Assembly (NCBI GenBank): GCA_963702865.1
Contig: OY969764.1
Span: 3,440,874 to 3,504,873 of the forward strand
Length of the DNA stretch: 64,000 bases
Source: an uncultured bacterium
GTDB taxonomy: Bacteria; Verrucomicrobiota; Verrucomicrobiia; Chthoniobacterales; SZAS-18
Direction of reading: 5' to 3'
The position numbers and the translations under genes were made by a program. The notes under the pieces were generated by a model. It did no database searches. It worked only from the letters and a program-made list of their open reading frames with translations, and was not told the DNA's origin. Of this stretch, positions 56,822-64,000 are shown in pieces. Numbering within the stretch: the stretch's first letter is position 1; every line of letters begins with the position of its first letter.

Positions 56822-57898
56822 TCAAGCCTGCCCAATCGCATACTGATAAGCCTCGAATGTTTTCGCGGCCGCCTTCTGCCAGGAAAATCGCGCCAGCAAA
56901 GCCGAAAAATCCGGCGGGAGTTGGCTTAACGCCGCCTTAATAGCCGCCCCGATCGATTTCACCTGGAACGGATCACAGTAACTCACGTAATCGTCAAAAA
57001 AACCCCGCGTATAGCCGCTGTCGCTGACACAGACGGCGGCGCCGCACGCGATCCCTTCCAGCGCAACGAGCCCGAACGTCTCGAAAAAACTGGCGAGCAC
57101 AACGACCTTGGCAGCGGCAAAGGCGGCGTACAATTGATCCTGCGGAAGCTGGCCTCCGTATTCCACCCAACCGGGCACCAACTCGGCCCGCACCCGTCTC
57201 GCGTAACCGGGATGCGAATCGTTCCAGGCGCCGTACAGGATCAGCTTGTCCTCACCGCGCGGGAGAGACTTGAAGGCGGCGATGATGCTCAACTGGTTCT
57301 TGCGCGGCTCGATGCGGCCCGCGCAAAGTACATCGCGGCGCTGGTTCCAGGGCAGCGGATGCGCCGCTGGCCGATCAAACCCGAAAGGCACGATAAAGAT
57401 CTTGGCGGGTACGGCGCCGCTCTCCCGCTGCAGCATCTCCGCCTCCACCGTGGAGTTCGGCAGGATGGCGCGGGCGGACGACAGCACTAGACGTTGCAAA
57501 CCGGCAAAATTGAAGATGGCCGGAAGGTAGAGGGGCAGTCCGGAACGGCGGGCGTACCAAGCCTCTTTGGCTGCCAGATACGCCTTCACCGGGAAATATG
57601 GCAGCCGGTACAAGCGCCGATAACAGCGCTTCATCTCGGCCAGCGAGTGCCAGATCGGACTGACAACCACCGGCAGCCCCCGCCTCGCGGCCTGGGCGAG
57701 CTGAATGGCGGTTTCGTGGATCCGGGTCGTATTGAAAAGATGCACCACGTCGAACCGCTCTTCGACTTCTTCCACACCCGGCACGATCCGGCTGCGCACA
57801 TTGAACTCCGCCAACGCCTGCTGCGTTTTCAGCAACTGGACATAATCGCCACCCGGGAACTGATTAACATCCGAGCGAATGCGAAATAACACTTTCAT
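56822..57898 (-). CDS. Glycosyltransferase family 4 (GT-B)
   Basis: ETFGLVALEGIACGAAVCVSDSG...; 358 aa. Confidence 0.8.
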   Translation of the reverse strand: MKVLFRIRSDVNQFPGGDYVQLLKTQQALAEFNVRSRIVPGVEEVEERFDVVHLFNTTRIHETAIQLAQAARRGLPVVVSPIWHSLAEMKRCYRRLYRLPYFPVKAYLAAKEAWYARRSGLPLYLPAIFNFAGLQRLVLSSARAILPNSTVEAEMLQRESGAVPAKIFIVPFGFDRPAAHPLPWNQRRDVLCAGRIEPRKNQLSIIAAFKSLPRGEDKLILYGAWNDSHPGYARRVRAELVPGWVEYGGQLPQDQLYAAFAAAKVVVLASFFETFGLVALEGIACGAAVCVSDSGYTRGFFDDYVSYCDPFQVKSIGAAIKAALSQLPPDFSALLARFSWQKAAAKTFEAYQYAIGQA

Positions 57899-59409
57899 CG
57901 CGCGCCTCCCGAGGATTGCCGGACTCTTCGCAAAGGGCTGGCGGCCATGATCGCCAACCGCCGCCGGTTCATTTCCGCCGCGCTGTCGTAGCCGCAGAAC
58001 AGGAACAGTGGCAGGCAGCCGATAAAGGTCATCGACTCGCGCGCAATCCCCTCCCCCAGCACAAAGACCAGGAAAAGAATCAAGGCCCGGCGTGCCCGCT
58101 GGTCGCTTTCACCCGGTTCCGGCTCGAGCACTTTGTAAAAGAAAAACAGGATCGCGAGCGAACCCGCCACCCCCAGGTGATACGTGTTCCAGAGCAACTG
58201 GTTATCGGCCCAATGGAACATCGTGGCGATCCGGTTGTCGATCAATGAGCCGAACGGGCCGCCCGAGACCAGGATGAGCGGCTGCTTGGCGAAGTCCCCG
58301 AGCATTTGGACCCAAAAAGCGTCCCGCTCATAGGCGCTCTCGGCGTCGCCGATATGCGTTCCGCCCATGAACTGGCCACCGACAAAATCCGTGAACTTGC
58401 CGACCCCGATGAAGCTCATGGCCACGGCGATAAACACCCATGCGAGCACGTAGCTTCGGGCGTATTTCTTGGAGATATTCGGAAAGATCAGACAGAAAAC
58501 CGCGTAGGCCGCGGCCGCAAACGCCCCGAAGAGGGCCGAGCGCCCCCCGGAAACGACCATCATCCAGCCAAAGCCAGCCGTCCAGGCAACGGCCAGCAGC
58601 CGCTGCCATAGCTTCGTCGAGACGACGAAAACCGCCATGCCCGCCACCGCGTTCATGCCCATGATGTTCGCGAAGGAAAAGACGTCCCGTTGCAATCCGT
58701 GAATGCGGATCTTCCCGTCCAGGATTTGGTCGCTGGCCCGCCTGACGCCAAAGGCCGTGGTTTCATTCCAGGCCGTGGGGATGAGGTAGCTGCCGCGATG
58801 CCACTCGAGGGCGCCGGCGGCGCATTCCGCAGTCATCAGAGCGGCTGAGATGACGAGCAGGATGCGGAACCACTCGCCCCACGTCTTGTTCAGATAAAGC
58901 ATGTGCCCCAGGAGGATCCAGTCGAGCCAGCAAAGGCTCCATTTGCAGGTGCGGAGCGCTTCCATGGTGTAGGTGCCATCCAGCACGGCCGGAATGAGCA
59001 AGATGGGCGTGACCAATATGATCCAGCTATGCATCGCCACCCACTTGATCTGGCTGCGCTCGCTCAACCAGACGGTGGAGGCCATCAGATGGAACCCGAG
59101 CATGATGTCCCGCAGGTAGACCACCGGCCCGAGCGCGCCGTGCAAGAGGCCGCTCGGGAAGTACAGCAAGGCCGTGATCCAGCCGAAGATGATCAGAAAC
59201 CGCAACGATTTTTCTTCCGCCGTTGCGGCCGGCAAACGGCTACCGCTGGAACCTCCGGCGGAGGAACCCACCGCGCTCTGGCGTTTGGAAAAAACTTTGG
59301 CCAAGCTCCGGGAGCTTGTTCTCGACCGACGTTCGGAATTGCCGCGCGAGCGCGAAGGAGTCTCCTTCATGGGTGCAGGGTAATTTGGGTGGGCCGGCGA
59401 CCCGGCCAC
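57895..59409 (-). CDS. O-antigen ligase/Wzy-like membrane protein with Ser/Arg-rich N-terminal tail
   Basis: Polytopic hydrophobic core; N-terminal RSRGNSERRSRTSSRS low complexity; ATGA overlap with the downstream glycosyltransferase. Confidence 0.55.
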   Translation of the reverse strand: MAGSPAHPNYPAPMKETPSRSRGNSERRSRTSSRSLAKVFSKRQSAVGSSAGGSSGSRLPAATAEEKSLRFLIIFGWITALLYFPSGLLHGALGPVVYLRDIMLGFHLMASTVWLSERSQIKWVAMHSWIILVTPILLIPAVLDGTYTMEALRTCKWSLCWLDWILLGHMLYLNKTWGEWFRILLVISAALMTAECAAGALEWHRGSYLIPTAWNETTAFGVRRASDQILDGKIRIHGLQRDVFSFANIMGMNAVAGMAVFVVSTKLWQRLLAVAWTAGFGWMMVVSGGRSALFGAFAAAAYAVFCLIFPNISKKYARSYVLAWVFIAVAMSFIGVGKFTDFVGGQFMGGTHIGDAESAYERDAFWVQMLGDFAKQPLILVSGGPFGSLIDNRIATMFHWADNQLLWNTYHLGVAGSLAILFFFYKVLEPEPGESDQRARRALILFLVFVLGEGIARESMTFIGCLPLFLFCGYDSAAEMNRRRLAIMAASPLRRVRQSSGGAR

Positions 59410-59485
59410 GCCGAGGCGGCCAGCGCATTTTCACCCTTTCTGATGCACGTGCCGAAGACCAGCGAATTATGGCTGAGGACCGTTT

Positions 59486-60757
59486 TCATCCCGGCGTGGC
59501 TGTGACCGCCAGCGCAGCCGGTTTGACGGAAGCTTTGAGGTGAGCTGCCGTGCGTTTGAAAACGTCAACGACGCGGTCGGTCAGTTCCTGGGGCGTGGCC
59601 AGCCGGGCCTGCCGCCCTGCCTGCTCACGCCAATGCTGCACCATGGCGGGATCCTGCGTGATCCGCGCCAGCATCGCCCCCCAAGCGGCGTGGTCTCCAA
59701 CTGGCAACAACTCTCCGTTGATCCCGGCTTGCACCATCTCCGGCAAACCGCCGGTACGGCTGGCCAGCACCGGCAAGCCGAGGCGTTGCGCCTGCGAAAT
59801 GACCAGCGGCGCATTTTCAAACCAGATCGAAGGCACCAGCAACAGGTCGCTCGCGGTCATGTAGACGCCGACTTCCGCGGCCGAGACTTTGCCGGCCAGC
59901 GTGAGCCATTCCGCGGCGCCGTAACGCGCGCGTAATCCCTCCAGCAGACTGCCGCCCCCCACGATCCGCAGATGAAACCGGTGCTGCGCGGCCAGCCCAG
60001 CCAGAACTTCGAGGACAAAATCCACGCCCTTCCATTTCTCCACCTGGCCCACGTAAAGCAGTTGCAAGACGTGATCCGCCGTGGGCGCCGGACGGGCGGC
60101 GGCGTTGGCGGCCTGTTTGTCAAATAGCAAAGGCAACGGTATCACGACGGCCTCCAGATGCTTGGGCAGATAAGGTCGATAGCGATCGAGCAGCGCCGCC
60201 GAGGGCGAGATAAAGGACAAAGCCTCGATGTGGTCGAAGTAGAAACGCTTCAACGCGGCCGAAGCCTGGCAAGTCCAGTGGTAGCGCGTACACTCCCGGC
60301 CGCCGCGGAACCGGTTCATGGAAATACACATGAAGCCGAAATCGTGCAGAGTCTGCACGCACGGCAGCCGATGTTCTCCAATGGCTTTAAGCAAGTTATA
60401 GCCAATTCCTTGCAGGTCGTGCGTACTCACGACATCCGGCTGGAACTGGTCCATGACTTCGCCGCAAATCCGTTCCGTCGTGGCGTGAAAATGATCGTTG
60501 GCGTGCCAGATCACCTTGGAAAAGGTGCGGTCCCGGTCCGCCTGGTAGATTTGGAAAACGTTCTTGAAAAACCGGCGTTCCACGGTCAGGCGCTCGCCCA
60601 GGATTTCGGTGCCCTGCACCTCGGGCGTGGGTGCGCAGGTGAGGACGTGGACTTCGTGACCCGCTGCCGCCAGCAGGGTGGCCTGCGAGTGCGCGGCCAT
60701 TTCCGCTCCGCCCATGATGTATGGCGGAAACATGTTGGAGATGGTCAGTATCTTCAT
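59486..60757 (-). CDS. Glycosyltransferase family 4 (GT-B)
   Basis: MKILTISNMFPPYIMGGAEMAAHSQATLLAAAGHEVHVLT...; 423 aa. Confidence 0.8.
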   Translation of the reverse strand: MKILTISNMFPPYIMGGAEMAAHSQATLLAAAGHEVHVLTCAPTPEVQGTEILGERLTVERRFFKNVFQIYQADRDRTFSKVIWHANDHFHATTERICGEVMDQFQPDVVSTHDLQGIGYNLLKAIGEHRLPCVQTLHDFGFMCISMNRFRGGRECTRYHWTCQASAALKRFYFDHIEALSFISPSAALLDRYRPYLPKHLEAVVIPLPLLFDKQAANAAARPAPTADHVLQLLYVGQVEKWKGVDFVLEVLAGLAAQHRFHLRIVGGGSLLEGLRARYGAAEWLTLAGKVSAAEVGVYMTASDLLLVPSIWFENAPLVISQAQRLGLPVLASRTGGLPEMVQAGINGELLPVGDHAAWGAMLARITQDPAMVQHWREQAGRQARLATPQELTDRVVDVFKRTAAHLKASVKPAALAVTATPG

Positions 60758-60812
60758 GCGAAACGAGCGCGACCCTTGCAGAGCAGACGCCGAACCAACT
60801 GGCAGCGTAAAG

Positions 60813-62324
60813 TCAGGTGGCGGGGCGCGTGTAAATCAGGGTCCGATAACTCCAAAGCTCCAGGCTGACCCGCCGGTTGAGCCATTGCAGCACGCCGCCG
60901 TAGCAACACGCGCCCAACACGATCAAGGCGCCGAGGCGCGCGCTCGCCGGGCCGGTCTGCCAATACCCGCGCAGACTGTAGATCACGGCGGCCATCGCCA
61001 GCGTCGCCAGCACTTGCGGCAGGAATAACAGGAGGGTCTTGGAGATGGAGATGCCCGTCACGCGTTTGAGCACCAGGAGTTCGAACGGATACAGCAAGGC
61101 GGCCCGCCCGGAAAACGCCGCCGCCACCGCCAGCGCGCCCCAGTGAATGGCCACCGTGAAGGCGAGCACGTTTGCCAGCGCGTGCACCGTGGCGATCCCG
61201 GAACACCAATCCGGGCGGCCCCGCGCCACCAGCACGGACTGATGCACGGCTGACAACGCCTCAAAAGGGCAGGCCAAAAGCAAGAGCTGCATGATCCGGA
61301 CCGATGGCTCCCACTTGGCGCCGAAGAAAAGGTGCACGACATCGGGCGCCAGGATCGCCAGTCCCGCGGTGGCCGGCAGCACAAAGACGCTTTGCATCTC
61401 GACGATCCGATAAAAGGCGCCGCCGAACCGCTCGACCTGGCCTTGCAAGCGGGAAAGCGCACTCACACTCACCCGGGCCAGCGAGCGGATGAGGACCTCG
61501 CTCAAGAGCGTCGCCACCCGCGCGCCGACCGCGTAAAACCCCACCACCGCGGCACCCAGGAACTTGCCGACGAAAAGCTGGTCCGCGCGCCGGTTCAGCA
61601 GGCCCGTCAGGTCCACCCAGAGCAGCTTGACGCCGAAGCGCAGCAACCGCCGCGCGCGCTCGGGACAAAAGGCCAGCCGCGGCCGCCAACTGCTCGCCGT
61701 CCAGAGCGCAACCAGATTGACCAGCCAAATGGTGAGTTGTTGCCCGACAAGGCTCCAGGCGCCCGCGCCTCGCCACGCCAGTGCGATCCCGACGACGCCG
61801 CCGGCCAGATAGGAACTCAGCGTGCGCAGCGCGAGCGCGCGGAACTGCAACTGGCGCGCCAGCAAGTTGTTCTGCACGTCGGCCAGTGCCGCCAGGAGAA
61901 AGATCGGCGATAATCCCCTTAAAATGGCCGCCAGGGCCGGCATATCGAACCAGGCGGCCACGGCGCCGGCAACGGCGCTGGTCAACAGCAGGATAAAACA
62001 TCCCACGGATAAGTTGATCCAGAAAACCGTGTCCAGGTGACGGTCATCCAAATCCTCGAACTGGATAATCGCCTGGCCCAAGCCCTGAAAAACGAAAAAC
62101 TGCGCCACTAGGACATACAGGTTGGCGATTGCCACGATCCCGAAATCGAGCGACGACAGAAAATGCGCCAGGACGATGAAGACCAGGAAGGAGATGAGCT
62201 GCCCGGCCAGGCCCTCGATGCCGGACCACGCCACCCCATGCACCGTCTGCCGCCCCAATCCCGGAGAGTTCGCGTCGCCGCCACTCTGGGTCGGCGCGGA
62301 AGCATTCACCGGTGACATTCCCAC
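60813..62324 (-). CDS. Polysaccharide biosynthesis protein, MOP-superfamily flippase (second Wzx-like)
   Basis: 503 aa polytopic protein with Wzx-like topology. Confidence 0.65.
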   Translation of the reverse strand: MGMSPVNASAPTQSGGDANSPGLGRQTVHGVAWSGIEGLAGQLISFLVFIVLAHFLSSLDFGIVAIANLYVLVAQFFVFQGLGQAIIQFEDLDDRHLDTVFWINLSVGCFILLLTSAVAGAVAAWFDMPALAAILRGLSPIFLLAALADVQNNLLARQLQFRALALRTLSSYLAGGVVGIALAWRGAGAWSLVGQQLTIWLVNLVALWTASSWRPRLAFCPERARRLLRFGVKLLWVDLTGLLNRRADQLFVGKFLGAAVVGFYAVGARVATLLSEVLIRSLARVSVSALSRLQGQVERFGGAFYRIVEMQSVFVLPATAGLAILAPDVVHLFFGAKWEPSVRIMQLLLLACPFEALSAVHQSVLVARGRPDWCSGIATVHALANVLAFTVAIHWGALAVAAAFSGRAALLYPFELLVLKRVTGISISKTLLLFLPQVLATLAMAAVIYSLRGYWQTGPASARLGALIVLGACCYGGVLQWLNRRVSLELWSYRTLIYTRPAT

Positions 62325-62358
62325 GAGCGGATGCGCCGTTTACCGGCGCAGTGCCGTC

Positions 62359-64000
62359 TCAAGCCTTGGAAGCCTCTTTGGCCCCGTAAACCCCTTTGCC
62401 GTATGACCCGCCGCCGTAATAGTAGTAGTAGTTCGCGCTGCCGGCCGGGAGCCGGTTCAGGATGAAGCCAACGGGCTTGGCCTCTGCATTGGTCAACTTT
62501 TGCACGGCCCGTTCCGCTACGCGGGAAGCAGTCTTCGCGGCGTGGACCACTAGGCAGACGGCATCCACGTGCCGCGCGATCAGGAGGGTGTCGCTCACCG
62601 CATGGACGGGCGAGGTATCAAGGACCACGTCGTCGAATTCCGGAGCGAAACTCGCAATCAAGCGGGGGAAATCGGTATTGGCGATGAGCTCCGAAGGATT
62701 CTGGTTCCGCTTGCCCGCCGGCATCACGAAAAGATTCGGGATGGGCGTGGGATAGTAGCATTCATCCAAGGTCGCTTTCCCCTCCAGCAGTTGGGACAAA
62801 CCCTTGATTTTCTTCTCCTTGAAGAACACCGGCTCGACCGAGGGAAGCCGCAAATCCGCGTCGACGAGCAGCGTCCGGCGGCCCAATTGCGCCAGCGATA
62901 TCGCGTAGTTGATGGAACAAAAGCTTTTGCCTTCACCCGGGACGCCGCTGGTGAAAAGGAAGGTGCGATGATCCGCTCCCTTATCCAACAGTCCCAAGGC
63001 GGCGCGCAAGGTTCTGAAAGCTTCCGCGACCGCGCCGTCCGGGTCTTTAATGATCGCCAACCCATCGTCGACGTGCCCGAGTTTTTCGCCGACCGGGATG
63101 GCGCCCACGGCCTGTAGGCCCAGCCGTTCTTCCGCCTCATCGATGGTCCGGAGAGACTGATCGGTCATCGACAGGGCAAAACAACTACAGACGCTGAGCA
63201 AGCCCCCGCCAAACACGCATACCGCCATGACCAGGAGCTTTTTCGGCTTGGCCGGCTCATAGGGTATCGGAGCGGCACTGATGGTTTCGATCTTGTTATC
63301 GTCCATGTTCGTCGTCAGGTCCGTCTCCTTCAGACGCTCCTCGACGTTGTCATACAAGTCCCGGTTACGATCCACTTCACGGGTAAGCGCCGAGTAAGGA
63401 ATGCTCAAGCGATCGTCCTCCAACTTCGCCTTTCTTTGCTGCTCAAGGACCCGGGAGATCTGTTCTTCCGCCTGGCGGGCCGACGCCACGGCGGTCGTCA
63501 GTCCCTTGGCGGAATTCAAGACCGCGTCCTGCAAGGAGGCACGCAACCCCGCCACCTTGCTTTGTTCTTGAATGTAAGCGGGATGCTTCGGCAAATACCG
63601 CTGCTTCATCGCGGAAAAAGTGGCCTCTTCATCGGACACGCTTTTCTGCAATTGCTGCACCTGCTGGTCAGCGGCGACGCTTTGTACCGTCAGCAACTGG
63701 TCCGTCTGCTCGCTGCCTTGCGATTGGGCGAGGATCTTATTGACCTGCGCATTGTCCGATTCCAGCCGGATGCGCAAGCTCCGGCTATCATTAACCTTGC
63801 CCGTTAAATCGCGCAGCTTTTCTTCGCTAAATCCCTTGGTATCGTCGAGCGGCGTTTCCGGATGAGCGTCCTTGAAAGCCTGAGCAGCCTGCTCGGCGAT
63901 CGCCACGCGCTGTTTGAGAACGTCGGCCTGCTCGAGCAGGAAGCGGTTGGCTTCTCCCGAAACCCCCGTCCGCTGGGCCATGTCCGCCCGGATATATTCT
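62359..64000 (-). CDS. Polysaccharide co-polymerase / tyrosine autokinase (Wzc-like), N-terminus beyond window end
   Basis: Walker A SGVPGEGKSFCSINYAISLAQLG, coiled-coil Wzz-like region, TM helix, C-terminal Tyr cluster SANYYYYYGGGSYGKGVYG. The frame stays open to position 64000. Confidence 0.8.
   Translation of the reverse strand, partial: EYIRADMAQRTGVSGEANRFLLEQADVLKQRVAIAEQAAQAFKDAHPETPLDDTKGFSEEKLRDLTGKVNDSRSLRIRLESDNAQVNKILAQSQGSEQTDQLLTVQSVAADQQVQQLQKSVSDEEATFSAMKQRYLPKHPAYIQEQSKVAGLRASLQDAVLNSAKGLTTAVASARQAEEQISRVLEQQRKAKLEDDRLSIPYSALTREVDRNRDLYDNVEERLKETDLTTNMDDNKIETISAAPIPYEPAKPKKLLVMAVCVFGGGLLSVCSCFALSMTDQSLRTIDEAEERLGLQAVGAIPVGEKLGHVDDGLAIIKDPDGAVAEAFRTLRAALGLLDKGADHRTFLFTSGVPGEGKSFCSINYAISLAQLGRRTLLVDADLRLPSVEPVFFKEKKIKGLSQLLEGKATLDECYYPTPIPNLFVMPAGKRNQNPSELIANTDFPRLIASFAPEFDDVVLDTSPVHAVSDTLLIARHVDAVCLVVHAAKTASRVAERAVQKLTNAEAKPVGFILNRLPAGSANYYYYYGGGSYGKGVYGAKEASKA

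Noticed and set aside
1-64000. CRISPR arrays, rRNA genes, IS elements/transposases
   Set aside because: No regularly spaced direct repeats, no rRNA-like conserved stretches, and no transposase-like ORFs (DDE/HTH) or terminal inverted repeats were seen.

Overview
High-GC (~65%) bacterial chromosomal window. **0–23 kb:** two tandem, translationally coupled sensor histidine kinases; a degenerate ketosynthase; a REC-kinase hybrid; ltaE; dinB; an aldo-keto reductase; a HigB/HigA-like toxin-antitoxin pair; cysteine desulfurase; a Uma2 nuclease; hisC; mnmE; pyrD; and an rplQ–rpoA pair. **23–46 kb:** an iron-type ABC permease; large secreted repeat proteins (delta-60/Calx-beta, discoidin-like, SGNH-Ig-Calx-beta); a DUF2339 membrane protein; fba; ppc; a TPR protein; a transglutaminase/GATase pair; a thioredoxin-reductase-like oxidoreductase; and tRNA-Ser(UGA). 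The most unusual element is a compact same-strand cluster of two paralogous standalone TIR-domain proteins followed by an SPFH/band-7 membrane protein, a low-molecular-weight phosphotyrosine phosphatase and a Tat-secreted metallophosphoesterase. This is a candidate uncharacterised TIR-based system. **46.6–64 kb:** a large exopolysaccharide locus in two convergent operons: two Wzx-like flippases, two Wzy/O-antigen-ligase-like proteins, six glycosyltransferases, a membrane acyltransferase, a GDP-mannose 3,5-epimerase-like enzyme, and a Wzc-like tyrosine autokinase running off the window. No rRNA, CRISPR, transposase or integrase genes were recognised. Many stop/start overlaps of ATGA type indicate tight operons.
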